A stretch of DNA of 64,000 nt from the human T2T-CHM13v2.0 reference genome, Homo sapiens, in assembly GCF_009914755.1 (NCBI RefSeq), contig NC_060934.1; one strand, 5' to 3'. Position 1 is the stretch's first letter. Each line of letters begins with the position of its first letter. The notes under the pieces are model-generated. The model saw only the letters and a program-made list of their open reading frames with translations. It was not told where the DNA came from and did no database searches. This document shows, one piece after another, positions 1 through 17,685 of this stretch. A program made the position numbers and the translations under genes.

Positions 1-1010
1 TGGGCACAGAGTTTCAGTATGGGAAGATGAAAAAGTTCTGGAGATGGATGGTGGTGATTAATACACAACAATGCGAATGGTGAACATACTTCTGACATAG
101 TGAGAAATATTTGGTCTCTGCGCTCCCCATCATAAGGAATTTTAAGAAAACTTCAAATCTTGTAGGTGATGTTTCTTTTTGCACACTAATGAGATGACTA
201 GTGTCTGCAGGCTCCTGGGCAGCCTCAGGTTGGAGGATGTTTGCAGAGAAGCCAAACTTGTGATTAGAGGGTTGGAACTTTCTGCCCCAACCCAAGCCAC
301 CCTTGACCTTAGGGGAAGGAATAGGGCCTGAAGATTGACTTAACCACCAATGGTTAATGATTATTGCCTATGCAATTATGCCTCCATTAAAACCCAAAAG
401 GACAGTGTTCAGAGAGCCTCCAAGCTGGTGAACAAGAATGCATCCACAAGCCAAAGGTCCAGTAAGAGAGAAGCTTGGGAATCTCCCGGACCTTGCCCTA
501 CGTACCTCTTCATCTGGCTGTTCATCTGTATCTTTCAATATATCCTTTGTAATAAACTGCTAATCTAGTAAGTAGATTGGTTTTCTGAGTTCTGTGAGCC
601 ATTCTAGCAAAAGATCGAACCCAAGAGGGGGTTGGAACCTCTGATTTAAAGCAGGTTGGGTCAAAGTATGGGTGCCAACCAGGACGTGGAATTGGCATCT
701 GAAGTGGGGGCTGTCTTATGGGATGGAGTCCTTAATCTGTGGGATCTGCTATCTCCAGGTAGATAGTTTCAGAACTGAGTTAAATTGCAGGACACCTAGG
801 TGGTATCTGTAGAGAACTGGAGGACTACTCAGTGTGGAAAACCCCATACCTTTGATGTCAAAGTTTTCTCAAGTATTGAGAATAGACTAGACAGGAAAAC
901 AGTTTGTTTTTCCTATTGAGTACTTAATGACACAGAATTGTACCCTTAATAATGGTTAAAATGGTAAATTTTATGTTATGTACACTTAACCATAATTTAA
1001 AAAAAAATGA
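1..1010 (+). mobile_element. L1M (L1MB-like) 3' end interrupted by an LTR
   Basis: AAGTTCTGGAGATGGATGGTGGTGAT... at the window start resumes at about 920 with GTACTTAATG...AAAATGGTAAATTTTATGTTATG and an A tail. Confidence 0.75.
93..918 (+). mobile_element. MER21C-like solo LTR
   Basis: Start GAAATATTTGGTCTCTG; internal TTTGTAATAAACTG and GTTCTGTGAGCCATTCTAGCAAA; homologous to the LTR at 44.2-45.2 kb. Confidence 0.75.
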
Positions 1011-1689
1011 AACCGCGATCATTTAATCTATATTGCTCTTTTCACATAATGATACCATGGATGTATACTTATGTTAATAAATGTACTCTGTCTGATCATT
1101 TTAATGGTTGCAAAGTATTTGATTGTTTGAATGCACTGTAACTGACTTCACCAATCCCCTCTTGTTGGACAGTTACGTTGTCTCTGATTTCTCTCTCCCA
1201 AAAAGATGTGTGATTCAATCATGTGACATATCAGGTCACACTGCATTCCTGATGGTTCTTCCTTTGGACTCACTGTGGTCATTCACAAATATTTTGAAAA
1301 TCTGACACTAAAATTAGAGAATATCATATTTCCTCACCATTAAAAATATTTATTTACCACTTGCATCTGTAATGAATTAATAACAAATATAATGATTAAT
1401 ACTTAATATATTTATAAAATGTATACCTTGAAACATCACAGAAGATAAAAAGTTAGACTTGTTACTAATCAAATGTGACTTGATGGGTAAAAATCAAAAT
1501 ATTTAGCAAGAGACTGATAACACTGAGAAATCAGAGACCAGTAGAACAAGGGACTAGTCAGACCAGTGCCCACCAGCTGACAATTAGCCCTGACCCCAAA
1601 GAAACCATTTAAACCAGGAGTATGTGGTTAAATGGGCATTCTTAAGTAAAACTTTCTGGAAAGGTCCTATATTTTGTTGGTTGCTCAAA

Positions 1690-2170
1690 GAAGGAGAGGC
1701 ATATATGGGAAAAAAGAAGTCAGATTCTGGATGGATAAAAGTGTGATATCCCTGTGAGACCTCTAAGTGGACCTGTTAGATGAACTGGTCAAGAGCCTAG
1801 GAGAGAGATCTAGTGTCCAGATGTATACTTGGAGATCAGATCATTCAGTTGATAACTGAAATCCTAAAGAGCAGGGCTTCTCAGATTTTCCTAGGTACCA
1901 CCTGCTAAATGGCGGATTCAGATTTGGCAGATTTGGGTGGAATCTGAAATTCACATTTCTGACAAGCTCACAAGTGACGCCTTCACTGGTCTACAGACCG
2001 TAAGAGTAGCAAGGTGCCTTGCAGGTAGGTGGAAGAAGAAAGAGATTAGGAAGGGTTAGGAAAAGAGGCGGTTGCAAGGAAATTGAGAAAGTGTGGCCAG
2101 AAAGATAAAGAGCAGTCCAGGAGAGCTTGGTGTCACTGAAGTCAAATAAGAAAGAAATGATACTATCAGA
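1690..2170. mobile_element. L2 remnant containing a MER5A-like element (about 1870-2010)
   Basis: Purine-rich degenerate L2-like sequence; CAGATTTGGGTGG...TTTCTGACAAGCTC MER5 motif. Confidence 0.5.
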
Positions 2171-2175
2171 GGACT

Positions 2176-2973
<798 letters not shown>

Positions 2974-4765
2974 CGGCCTGTTAGGTACTGGGGAGCAATT
3001 TCAATGGATGATGATTACATGAGGACACATGGATTTCCCAAGACCACTTCTGTAATACATACAGCCTGTCAGGACTCTCAAATCCCTCCAGTGAAAAATC
3101 CCCCACATTGGGAATGTTAAGACCCTTGTTCAGCAGAATTAATGCGCTCCTAGGTTCACATGCAAAGAGCCTCCTGAAACAGGAATCCATGCCACAGACA
3201 TTCATATCCTCGGTATTCATTCATTTGCTAAAACAGAGTCACCCAGGATATTGAAGTCAGTGTCGGAGGGCTCTATTCCCCTCCAGCCACCTGCTTTTTT
3301 TCTGTCAACAACGATCCATTTTGCCTCACTTTACAGGCACAGTAGAAGTTCCACTTGTCGAAACTGAAGATAAGTGCAGTTCCAGATGCTTCTTATCCCC
3401 GTTTTCCCACAAGAAGCTCAAGAAAAGGCATATGGTTTCCCAGGTCCAAGCTCCCAGGCTTGTTATTATAGTGATCTCATCAGAGTCACAGTGTAGAAAG
3501 CCCTGCTTGTGTTGCCCAAAGAAAACCAGGCTTGCAAGAGCACCCCCTCACTCTCCAGCCCAGAGCCATGGAATTCATAACTGTGGCCATGGTAAATCAC
3601 TAAGTCATCATGAATTAACCACAGAAAGTCATCACAATCAGTACCATAACAGGAGAAAGAAATGGGATTTTTCACAATGAGCTTTCATTTTCAATTAAAT
3701 AGCAAAACTAGAATTAAATAAACCAGTACTGCCTTGCAGAGCCAATTATATCTTATAAATATGGTCATTTGGCAAGTTATATCATCAGACCAAGCAGAAC
3801 GCCAAAAACAAACTAACTCTACGTATATTATATAGTAAATCTTATGTATGCAGAATCTTAGCTGTGTGAAAAGGGCCTAAAAGCGAACAAAATCTAAGTC
3901 CATACAATTTACTCACAGGAACACACCGGTGTGTCCGACTCATTTACTCTTATTAGTTATTTGTTTTCTAAGACAGCAGCAGATTAGAATGTAAACTCCG
4001 AGAGGCAGGAATTTTTTGTTGAATTTGTTCACTGATGTATCCCTATCACCAAGAGCGGAACTTAAGTATCTATGGAATGGTGAGAGAATGAGCCCTGACG
4101 TGTCCTCTCTGATTTGGCTATGGTCCAGCCCCTCCCGATGATGTCACCACTCGGCTACTTCACACTGGAGGCCCCCAAAACGTCTGTCTTTGCAACCTCT
4201 GGTTTAAATGCTGTGACAGACCATTAACTTGAAAATAGAAACTCTAAATAACTGATGAGATTTCTTTTAGGAATGTAAATACTCTCTCTGTGATCTTGTT
4301 TCCACTGGTGATTTGGTTAGCACCATGTTTTTAACTGGCAAGGTAAATTGTTTCCTACTAGATTGCAAACTCCTTCAGACTTGGTATTAGGGCAAATTGG
4401 CTGAATTAAGCTGGAAAGTGAAATTTTAGCTCAGTTCCTAGGCTTTGCAACCTTTGCTCCCTCCAAACTTAACTCTATCTGGACAGGAATAGAGTGTCTG
4501 AGTAATTGTTTTTGATCCCCTGATGTCACCTGGAAGATTGTAAGCATTCAATAGCTTCCTTATTTTCAGTTTGAGTCCCAACACTTCTTTTTTGGACTAA
4601 CGTTCTGTTTAAGAGTTTTGTGGCCCTACTGATATTTCCAGTAAGGGCCAGGAATCCACTAAATCCATAGTAAGCAATTGATTCTTGCTAAGGCCTAATT
4701 TAAGAAAAGTTCAAATGTTTAAAAGCCATGTTTACTTGTTTGTTTCACTTGAAATAAAAATAGTA

Positions 4766-5072
4766 CCAGGCATGATGGCTCATACCTGTAATTCCAGCAT
4801 TTTGGGAGGTTGAGGCAGGAGGATCGTTTGAGGCCAGGAGTTTGAGATTAGCCTGGGCAACGCAACAAGACTCCCATCTCTACAAAAAATTTTAAAAACT
4901 AGCCAGGTGCAATGGCATGTGCCTGTAATCCCACCTACTTAGGAGGATAAGGCAGGAGGATCCCTTGAGCCCAGGAGTTCAAGGCTGCAGTGAGCTATAA
5001 TTGTGCCACTGTACTCCAGCGTGGGTGACAAGGTGAAACTCCATCTCAAAAGAATAAAAAATAAAAACAAAA
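4766..5072 (+). mobile_element. AluJ-like
   Basis: Diverged dimeric Alu. Confidence 0.9.
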
Positions 5073-5139
5073 TAGTTTATTGAGTTCCATGGGGGGCAGG
5101 GCGACGGGACAGAATAGAAATGTACCTAGAATACCACCT

Positions 5140-5433
5140 TTTCTTTTTTTTTTAAGAGACAGGGTCTCACTCTGACACCCAGGCTGGAATGCAGTAGCAC
5201 AATCATAGCTCACTGTAACCTCTCCTGGGCTCAGGCAATCCTCCTGCCTCAGCCTCCCAAGTAGGTAGGACTATAATCACATGCCACTTGCCCAGGTAAT
5301 TAATTTTTTTTTTTGTAGAGACTGGGGCCACACTATGTTGCCCAGGCTAGTCTCAACTCCTAGACTCAAGGAATCCTCCTGCCTTGGCCTCCCAAACCCC
5401 TGGGGTTTCAAGCATGAGCCATTGCACCTGGCT
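5140..5433 (-). mobile_element. AluJ-like
   Basis: Poly-T then GAGACAGGGTCTCACTC. Confidence 0.9.
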
Positions 5434-6459
5434 CCAACTTTATTGAATAGAGGAATGTCATTACTTTTTAAATCAAGAAGTTCCTGTCTGGGCATCTCTG
5501 AGAAATAATGAAACAGGGGCGGTTGGGCAGTAACAACACAGCTGGGCAGTTTTCTGATTCTTGATATTTATATAAAACTTCACAGTTCACAGGAGGTAGC
5601 CACTATCTCAACAATCCTTCAAGAAAATGATTGCCATATTCCAACAGTCCTAGAATAACATACATTGTGAGTTATCCCCCTATTACAACTTTTCAAGAAA
5701 AAGGAAAAATTAAGAAACACTACTATATTAAATATATACACCTAAGATGCCAATCACATCTTATTTCAGAAACATTAAAATAAGGAGGGAAAAAAGGGCA
5801 CCTTAGACTTGGGGAAAACAGACTAGGCTTCTAATCTTGAAGTGACTTGCTCAAAGTCACTCAAATGATTTACCAGCAGAACTAGGGTTAGGGCATCTTC
5901 ATTCCTTTCATGCAACAGTAGCTGGGCACCAATAAATGCAGGCACAGGAAAAACAGAGATAAACAAGAGGCAGTCCCTGGGCCTCCATGAAGCCCTCCAC
6001 TGGTAAGGAGCTCTGTTCTCTGCTTGGGAAGTCAGAACAGTGCAGGCAGAAAGCCAGAGAGCACAAATAGCTCTCCTTTCCCAAAAGGTTGGCTGCCAGG
6101 GGCACTCTGGCTTCTCTCTGTTGCTGTTAAACTTCAGTGTGTCCTGGTCCCCAGAGCCCAGCATGCCACAAGCCTCACCGAGGTAGGTCCTGGAGAAGAC
6201 AAGTCGTGCCCTAACCCCAGCAGCTGTTCTGTCTGGCTGGTGACAGGCATAGCTGGTTTCCTTAGGCAATTTGTACATGCAAGGAAGTTGGCCTGGAAGC
6301 ACACCAAACTGTTCACGGTGCAAGCCTAAGGTATGAGAGACAGTGGAGGGAGCAGTATCTCCTTTATTCCCTTCTCTAGAGCCTGGATTATTTTCGAGGT
6401 GATTTAAAAAATTCAAATCTGGAAAAAGAAACGAAGAAAAGCAAAGAACATGCAAGTTG

Positions 6460-6575
6460 GATTTAGGAAGATTAGGATTGAAATCTAGGCTTTCCATTGA
6501 CTTGCTGTGTGACCTGGAACAAGTGACCTCCTGGGCCTCCATCTTCTACCTACTCATAGGGTTACTCTGAGGCCC
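6460..6575. mobile_element. MIR
   Basis: TTGCTGTGTGACCTGGAACAAGTGACCTCCTGGGCCTCC core. Confidence 0.65.
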
Positions 6576-7004
6576 AGCCCCCAAAGAGCACTCTCTTTCC
6601 ACCTACCCAACAATCCTGGCCACAGTTTTGGTCACTGCTGGTGGACCCTTATGTGGCAGGGGTGGTCCCACTTTTTGCTTTTTCCTATTATCATATCTAA
6701 CCCATTAGGTGTTTAAAATTACCTGGGGAAATGTACAGGCAGAAAACAAAATATAAATACTCAATATATATTATATACTAAATATACACTATGATCACAA
6801 CTATGATATTTTAAAAATCTATTTAAGAATAGTGGTGGTTGCTACATAGCTTCAGCATTAGTATATCTTAGGGCAGGCAGGAACAGTTGGGGAGAAGTAT
6901 TTTAGGAATTGTTGAAATAATTCTATGGGACATTCAGTTATATGAATGAAAGTCTTGTCACTTTCACTACAACTCCAAAACACATATCCCATATTGATAC
7001 TGTG

Positions 7005-7215
7005 CCACAAAAATGGGAACAAAAGACAGTGGGACCTACTTGAAGAGGCATGGTGGGAGAAAGGTGAGGGTCAAAAAACTACGCATCGGGTACTATCCTC
7101 ACTGCTGGGTGAATCATTTGTACACGAAACCCCACCAACACACAATTTACCCACGGAACAAACCTGCACATGTATCCCCTAAACCTAAAACAAAAGTTGA
7201 GAGAAGAAAAAAAAA
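7005..7215 (+). mobile_element. L1PA/L1PB-like 3' UTR fragment
   Basis: CAAACCTGCACATGTATCCCCTAAACCTAAAACAAAAGTT plus A tail. Confidence 0.8.
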
Positions 7216-7655
7216 TACCCTATCAGCAAAAACTGGTATCTCCCACTTCGTTTTCCACGTCAATTTACTCATAAATTGTTTGAGAGTATAGCAGGGATCC
7301 CAGCGTGAGAACCGGAACTATGAATAAAAAACAGATGTGTCTGTAATATAGGCCCTCAGGGAGTGTATGTGCACACAGGATCAGGAAGCCTCTTGAGAGG
7401 GAACTCACACCAGGGCGAGGATGAATTCAGATGCACAAGTTTAGCTTCCCCCCGAGACTTTATGAACTAATAGGCAGGAATTGATGTAGGCTGGATTTCC
7501 TCAAGATCTAGTACAGGCTGAACCATGGAAACATCATTTTTATTGTCATTGCAGGGGGTGGGGGGGTCCGAGGAAAAGAATGTTACATGTCAACAGAATG
7601 ACTCAGATTTTTTGGAAATCTTTTATAATCCCAGACATATAAAACATCATACAAA

Positions 7656-7946
<291 letters not shown>

Positions 7947-10494
7947 TCATACAAAGAGAAAAACGCATATTTCTCAAATAGCACTACAAGTATATCATTG
8001 TCACCATCCAAAAAGCTTCCACAAAACAATCAGGCTATCTATATAAAAAGAAGTTCAAACCCTTTGACCCACCTACCAAGGCTGCTTCAGGAAAACTATC
8101 ATAACAATATAAACCAAAAATATGGAAAAAGATCATCTCACACAATGCTCAAAGCAAGGCAATTTGCAACATCAAAAAATTATGTCCCCTACCTTCTAAC
8201 TTCAAACCTTACTGACAGGTCCCATGGTCACTAAGCCTTAATACAATACAAATTCAAGCTTGACTTCTTCATGAGGTTCAAATTAGCCAATACATATACT
8301 AGAACTCAATAAGCATTTGTAAATCCCTCAACTATTTCAAAAGCTTAAAAATGCAAAAAGCTTACATTTCAGAAAAGAACAGTAGAAACAAAAGCATCGA
8401 GTGTTTTAAAAGCACACGTACACTTGTGTTTTGGAAATCACCCATGCAGTTAGCCCTGAACTAGTTAGCAAATGACAATCCCTGGCAGATAGAAGAACTG
8501 TCCAAGGCCCCATGTCAGCTGCCATTACTGGGTCACATAGGCCAAAAAAAAAAAAAAAAAAAAATGGAACCCCTGGGTGAAACTGAACCCATACCTGTTC
8601 TCTGCCCCTGCCCTTGAGCCTTAATGTTTCAGACCTCAGCTTAACTGAGATTGGAAATAAAGTACTTACTAGAGTGCCTGGATATGATCATTGCTTGTTA
8701 TGTATTTAGTGGGTAATAAAGAGAATGCAGATAAGCCTCCAGCCAGTGCCTGGAACACGTACATGCTCAGTAAATGGAAGTATTCTTGTTATTGTCATTA
8801 TTTTTACTATTAAATGAGTAAGTCACATTTGTATAGCTACTTAGAGTTTATGTAAAGTGCTTTCAATCCCTGCAATGGTCTTGTAAGAGAAAACTGAGGC
8901 TCATGGAAGGTGATATCTGTCCAAGTGCATGCTGCTATCAAATGCTGAAGTTGAGGACTTGATTGCCAGCCAAGGCTCCTTCCCCTTAGTAAGGCTGTCT
9001 GAATCTGACAATAATGCCTTGTCTCTGTCATAGACATTGTAGCTGATCCCATTGTAACTGATCCCAGTCCCAACAAAGCCAGTCCAAGTCGAGATTTCTG
9101 TTCCTTACACCCCAAAACGTGCTACCAACTACATTTTCTACGCATGGCACTTATGGATCAGACCTAGTACACATATTCTGTCACAGAGCAATAGCTCCAT
9201 ATCTTCATATGTGGGGCTTTCTAAGCTTACATCAGATCTAACTTTGATTTCCTAGAATCCTACACGGGCAGAGGAGAAAAAGAAACAATGATATGTACAG
9301 CTGTACAAAGGAAACACATATTGCTGGTTTCCCATCACATGGCTAAACTACAGAAGCAGAGGACACCACACTGAGTCCTACTGAAGCTTCCGGCCCCTCT
9401 CCCATGACCCTCACCCCCACATGTCATAACAAAGCTCCACATCTGGAAGCCTGATGATCTTCAGCTGCCTCTCTCTGTCCAGAGAGTGTCACACTGCACA
9501 TTACAAGGAAAAATGAAAGAGGGAGGAGGAGGAAGAAGAGGAGGAGGTTTCATCAGGGCATGTAGTCTTTTCTTTCAATTGTAATCTGGCTGAAGCATCC
9601 AAAGTTACCTGTGATGTGTGTTGTTTTGCCAATTCATACTTCGAGTTATTTTTCAAACACTGCCATGCAAAATGTAAGCTATGCAACTGTCCTTTGACAA
9701 TGTTCTATTGAGATCATCAAGTGGTCTTTATTGTATGCCGGAAACCAGCTATCCTTTTGTATCTTTCCATATTACTGCCCATACTTGGGTTGTGTCCTCC
9801 TGAAGTCCAGACCGTCCTTAGGACTACCAGGAACCATCCTCCAATGAGAGGCAGGGCCCAGTCAACATCTATCCAGCAGCTTTGCCATTCTCAGCGTCAA
9901 GTTTGACCACCTCATGTCCCATAGCATTCACCTCCAATCCATTTCAGCCATGTACTCCCAAAGCCACACTATCTACCTGTCATCACAAGGTGAAGCCAGC
10001 CCTCACTTCTGAAATCTAGAGTTGTATTGAGAATTAAGTATCCTTCTTGAATCCCAACTGTCTATCCTCCAAACATCTCCAACACCCTAACTCTTATTGC
10101 ACCTGGTTTTCAACCCCCTTGAGCCCTTGGGTCCTTTGCTGCTCCGCTTTCCCCCATTCCATTAACTGGTCCTGCTCTCTTTTCCCTCTTCTTGGCTGCT
10201 AGACCTCATGGTCCATCACTTCAATTGCTCTCTTGCTAGAAGCACCTCTGTTTCAAACTACTAACCCCCAATTCTGCATCAATCTGAACACCCAAACATT
10301 TCCACTTCTACAACTGGTAAATCAAGTTTTACTAGAGGAAATCTCTCAATCCTGGAGATTAATGGCAAAACATAATTATGAATTCCAACAGAAACTAAGT
10401 GCTTGGTGTGACTCAGCAAAAATGTATTGCACTTGTTCCTTACATACACTGGTTATTTGAAGTCTTAAGTACTCCATGTGCCCCTCATTTTCAG

Positions 10495-10720
10495 CAGTAC
10501 AGCATGATGGTACACAGCTTTGCATCCTGGTTCTGCCTCTTAGTCACTCTATAACCTCAGACAAGTGACTTAACCTCTCTGTACTTTAGTTACCTCAATT
10601 GTAAATTAAGACAATTCCATCTTCAAAAGGTTGTGGAAAGAATTTAGTGAGTTATCTATGTAAGGTATTTTAACAATGCTTGCGATATAGAAAGTGCCCA
10701 AAACACGTTAGCTATTATTT
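10495..10720. mobile_element. MIR
   Basis: ACAAGTGACTTAACCTCTCTGTACTTTAGTTACCTCAATTGTAAA. Confidence 0.7.
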
Positions 10721-11129
10721 TGTAGACACAAGTGAGACCTTAGATGGGATTTTCCTCCACTTCCTTTCCTTTCTTTCAGTTTATTATTTTCCTCCATTTC
10801 CTATTTCTCCAATTTATTCATATCCACATGCATCCTTATCTTTTTTCTTCCTGTTTCAAAGAAAGACTTGTCACTCTATATTTAGTCTTGCCAGCTAGTA
10901 TCCTTTACTACTTTTTCTGTATTTTGAACCTAGACCTTTTCACTGGGTTCTCCTTAGCCTATAAATTTACTCATGTGTCTCTTTTCTTGAAAGCAGGAAG
11001 GGAGAATGTGAGGGAGAAAAGAAGGGAAGAGAAGGAAAAAGCAGGGAAGAAAACTCCCCTTCAGCCTTACCACCCTTTCTGGCTCTCACGGATTAGAATC
11101 CTCCCTTCACAAACCCACCCTCTAAGGTC

Positions 11130-12360
11130 CTGTCTATACTGACAATCTCCTTGCTTCTCTTCCCATTCCCACCTCAATGGAAGGGAATTTGCCTCCTGTG
11201 TCCTCCACACACCACTCAGGCTGTTTTTGACATTATCACCAGTGACTCCTAATTGCCAGTGTTTACTCTGGCATTCTTAATTGGCCAGTCTCTGTAGAAT
11301 GTGGCACTGTTGACCTCTCTGTCATGACTAAAACTTGTTTTTCCCTGAGTTTCCATGATAGGAGTCTCTACTATTTATCTTTCTTCCCTACCAACCCCTG
11401 CTTCTTAGTTTCTTTCGCTAGATTCTCTTCCTCTGACCACTCATTATATGTTGTGTCATCATTCCTTCATTCATTCATTCATTCATTCAACAAGCATATT
11501 AAACTCTTACCATATGTCAGGTACCATGACAGCTGCTAGGACCAGTTAAGCTGAAGCACTACTCCAGGCACTATTCACAGTGCAGACACACTACACAGGC
11601 ATATAAATGACCCCATCCAAAGTTGTGCAATGGCAGTGAAGCTATAAAGAATACATAGTCCTTGCCCTCTTGTTGGACCAGTGAAAAAGACCAAAACACA
11701 GCTAGATAATTAGAGAATAAAACAAAAGGTGCAATGACTGAGAGATGCCCTGGGTATCGCGTGAGCAGAGTCTAGTTATTCCCCCAAGTTCTTCAACCTG
11801 TTTCATACCTCACTCTTTCCCTTTTCCTCAGGAAAAGACATCCAGACAAGTGATTTCAACTGAGCTTCTTAGCGGATGATACAATTTTGAATTTCTTGCC
11901 CAGAATATCAAACTTTCTACCACGCATTTCTACCACATGCCTTATAGGGCACCAAGCAACAGGAATATAAAAATAATAAATAAAAGTCTTACCATAAGGC
12001 ATTAATCTTATTTCCCATCTGCACCATTTTAACAGACCCTCTGGGGCCTTTCTTCAAACCCCATTCAGAGTTAACTGCTTGAAACACAAGCTAATTTTAT
12101 CACCAAATCCCCACTCCCACCCACTCCCTTGTTCAAAAACTCAAAGAAAAATCAAAACCCCTTGGTGGTGCGATGTACCAGACCCTGATGCTCTCGCTCC
12201 TGCCTGCTCCTCTAGCCTTCTCCAGACCCCTGGCCACACATATTCCCTACCTGTCAGCCATGCCACACCATCCGAAGATGAGCAGTGCTTTCAATTCCAA
12301 GGCAATTCCCACCTCAGCGCTTTTGCACCTGTTGCTCCTACTGCCTAGAAGGTTCAACCT
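11130..12360. mobile_element. Degenerate L2 fragments with (CATT)n at about 11457-11488
   Basis: Pyrimidine-rich L2-like segments and the TTCATTCATTCAACAAG L2 terminus. Confidence 0.5.
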
Positions 12361-12755
12361 GCGAATTTCTACAATTATTTAATGGTTTGACCAACCTCAG
12401 CAACGTTAAGTGCCTCTGGCTCTGCACGTCCATAGCAGATGATCACTTATGGGACTCATTCCAATGCTGTGATACTTTGTACACACACTTGTGTGTACAG
12501 AGGCCTTTCCTCAAAGGCTTTCCATCTCCTGGGAAGTATCTTCCCCAGAAAAAGGCAAGCCTTTGAGGAAGAACACTGTCTAACACATGGCAGGGCCTCA
12601 GTGCATGTTTGCCTGGGAAGAGGTAAACTCATGAAGTTATTTTCAGCATTGTTTAATCACAATATTTTTTGTTAGAGACTTTAAAGGTAATTAATTCTAT
12701 TTCATCTAAATCAAATGTCCCTTCTACAGATTCTGCTTAAAGCTGTTAAAAGCTA

Positions 12756-13070
<315 letters not shown>

Positions 13071-14499
13071 CTAAACTGAAATTTCACCTTAACAGAGCCT
13101 GCATTAGCAGTCAATTAGGTATACTATCATGCAAGAATTGACAAAGAAAGCAGAATATGCCAGGAACATTCTGAGATACCAATTTGGGTCCATCAGTTAC
13201 TGAGCAAAACTTGAAATTTTAGTTAGATCTTCATCTGTAATAAAATCAGAATATATGGTTGTCTAAATTTGATCTTTTTTTGGATATGGAAGATAACGAA
13301 AGAAGTCAATCTCAGCAAGTAAGAAAGGAAGGAAAAAATGTATGGGGCTTAATTTTGATAAAATGACGAGTCCCTTAATCACTGGAACACTTCAATTATC
13401 CGGTAAAATAATTTTAACAAGTATCTTATTTATGAGTATTTATTTGTTCTTTATCTAGGTACTCTGCCTTTTTCTAAGAGTGTTTTTGAATTTTTTAATT
13501 AAGTTAGTAGCTGTTGCCAGGTGTTCCTCATGACTAAATTTACCAAAGAGCCGGCTGGCATTGAGGGTGGAGTCTGTGTCAATAAAACACAATTAGCTAC
13601 AGACCCATGTGGAGTGGGGATTTGACCTAAACGTCCATGGGATCACACCCAAAACCTAGCAGTCACTATTCAAGTTCCACAAGGGAGAACTAAGATACGG
13701 GGGAAATGTCTGGATTTTTTAAGGTAAGAAACCGTGATATTTCTTAACAAATAATTTTATGTCAAAAAATGCCACAACAGCTGTCTGAATTGCCAAATTC
13801 ACTAGGTAACCACCCAAGTTTATCCTCTCATTGTGCACTTCAACCTGCATGTAGAAGGGGCCCCAGTGATTTGTGCATGATGCAGGGTTTTCAAAGAAAG
13901 GATAAGCATCCTTGGCTGGTTTCCAAGCCCTGTCCTCTGACCCCATCATGCTACCCCCCGCCCCCACACACATATATACCCATGCATCAACTCTTTTGGC
14001 AGTTATGTACAACTGTACATGGGGGAATTATAAAATTAAAATATGAAATGCAAACTTCATTAACCAAAATGCACATTTGGTTAACGTGAATACAGAGAAC
14101 GGCACTTAGCCCAGCATAGCTATTCCCCAGAATTTGATCTTTGACCCATCTCACCCCTCTCTAGAAACACTCTCCTGGGGAGACATATAACTTGAACTGA
14201 GTCCCTATACTGATAACTCCCAAGCTATAGTTCTTGCTGTAAATATCTAACTGCTTACTTGGTTATCTCTCCCCACAGGCATCAAAGTTATAAAGTTATT
14301 AAGACCGAAGATTTCCCAGGCTTTTCAACACAGATCCGCAGTCGTAGCTTGAAACAATTAGGAGCTGCCAGAATATAAAACAAATTTGGCAAGGAACAGG
14401 AAGCAGAAACTTAGAAACATGTGGCCCAATCACTTACAAACTTGTTTTGGCCAAGAAATCCTTTGTTCAAATAAAATCTTACTTGGAAACCAAATATGT

Positions 14500-15678
<1,179 letters not shown>

Positions 15679-15838
15679 CTAAGTAGGAGTAGTCTACTAG
15701 ATAAATCTTCAGAATCTGTATCAGTCACCTCACCACATTTTCTCAAAAACAATAAATCCTAATGACAAGGAAAGCTCTAAAATTAATCATACTTTGTTGA
15801 AGTCACATAGGGCAAGGTTTAAACTCCTATCTTTCTTA

Positions 15839-16042
<204 letters not shown>

Positions 16043-16544
16043 TTAATTTGATGCAATTGAATAAAAACAGAAAGTTTTCAGAGAAAGTTTGAGTATTAAG
16101 GTTGACAACTCAATCAGTTTAAAGAAACACATAATAAAGGACACATCTGTAAGTATTTTAGAGGAAACACATTATTGTTGTAGAGTAAAAGGCCAAATTA
16201 TTGTCCTAAACAAAAATACCCATATGGTACCACAATCATCAAAAACTTGAAAATAGTTGGTTAATTAATTCATTGGTTGACAGTAATTATATCAATTGTG
16301 TTGATTTGGTTGTTTTGACATCTTATACACATAAGCCTAGTGAATTCCACAGAGAAGAAAAAAAATCACTGAACATTCATTCAACCATTGGGAAAAGCTT
16401 TCCATATAATGAATGGGCCCTCTATAGAGAAAATGCACACACAAAAAATTTCCATTATATGTTAAGAATATACCACACATGAAATTTTATGTTTCAATAA
16501 AATTTTTTTCTAAAGAGGCACAAAATGATTATTACATATGTCCA

Positions 16545-16718
16545 TAGTTTCTCAACCCTGGCTGTACATGAGATTCACCAGAGAGATTTAAAAACTATCA
16601 ATACCCTAGCCCTGTATCTCAGACCTACGGAATCAGAATTTTTCAGAGTAGGACATTGGTACCAGTTTTTTTCCTTCCTCAGGTGATTCTAATGTGTAGG
16701 TGGGGTTGAGAACCATTG
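16545..16718. mobile_element. MER5A-like hAT element
   Basis: TTTCTCAACCCTGGCTG...GGTGATTCTAATGTG...GTTGAGAACCATTG. Confidence 0.75.
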
Positions 16719-17333
16719 ATACAGAGTCTTCAATCAACTGATTTATGGATACTAGGTTGTCAGGTGTCAACCTGAACAGACCATTTATTTTTTATATCAT
16801 TTATGCCTGTGAGTTTGGGCTACCCCTATTCATAACTATTTAATAATGATGATTAAGGCTGGTTTTTGATAGTTGTCTGGTTGAACTATCACTGCCTGAA
16901 GAAGCAGCATTCTGTTCTCCCTTATGAGATTTAACTTTGTCGTGAGTTTTTATTTTTTTGGTGGTTCCTTCGGGGGCTATGAATGTGGTTGCTTTGAAGT
17001 TACAGGTTCAGAGAGCTGAAATTTCTGTTTCAAGAAATACATCTGGTTTCAGTAGATAAATATGAACTCACTCCCATGGAAAGTATTCCATCAAGCAAAG
17101 TGGAATCCCAAAATAAGTAATTATGGCCCTAATTTATAATATGTCAAATAAACCACAAAATGATTAATTGTGCTCAGGAATATTTTGAAAAAAACATAGT
17201 CTACAAATGATTTGGGTGATAATTTTTAAGTATTGGTATAGTTAACACTTTATGTAGCTACTTTGTTTACATATATGAACCACCGAGCCAGAAGACGGTG
17301 TTAGGGGGAAACAGTTGCTGATTTTTATGGTGA

Positions 17334-17685
<352 letters not shown>

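Noticed and set aside
353-365. HNF1-like GTTAATGATTATT
   Set aside because: Imperfect second half-site inside an LTR, with no other support.
5823-6542. 239-aa minus-strand ORF
   Set aside because: Starts and ends in MIR-like sequence, shows no family similarity I recognise and has no convincing exon boundaries.
9609-9659. Possible 51-nt minus-strand exon (CAG|GTAACT donor)
   Set aside because: Acceptor has a poor pyrimidine tract; such site pairs arise often by chance.
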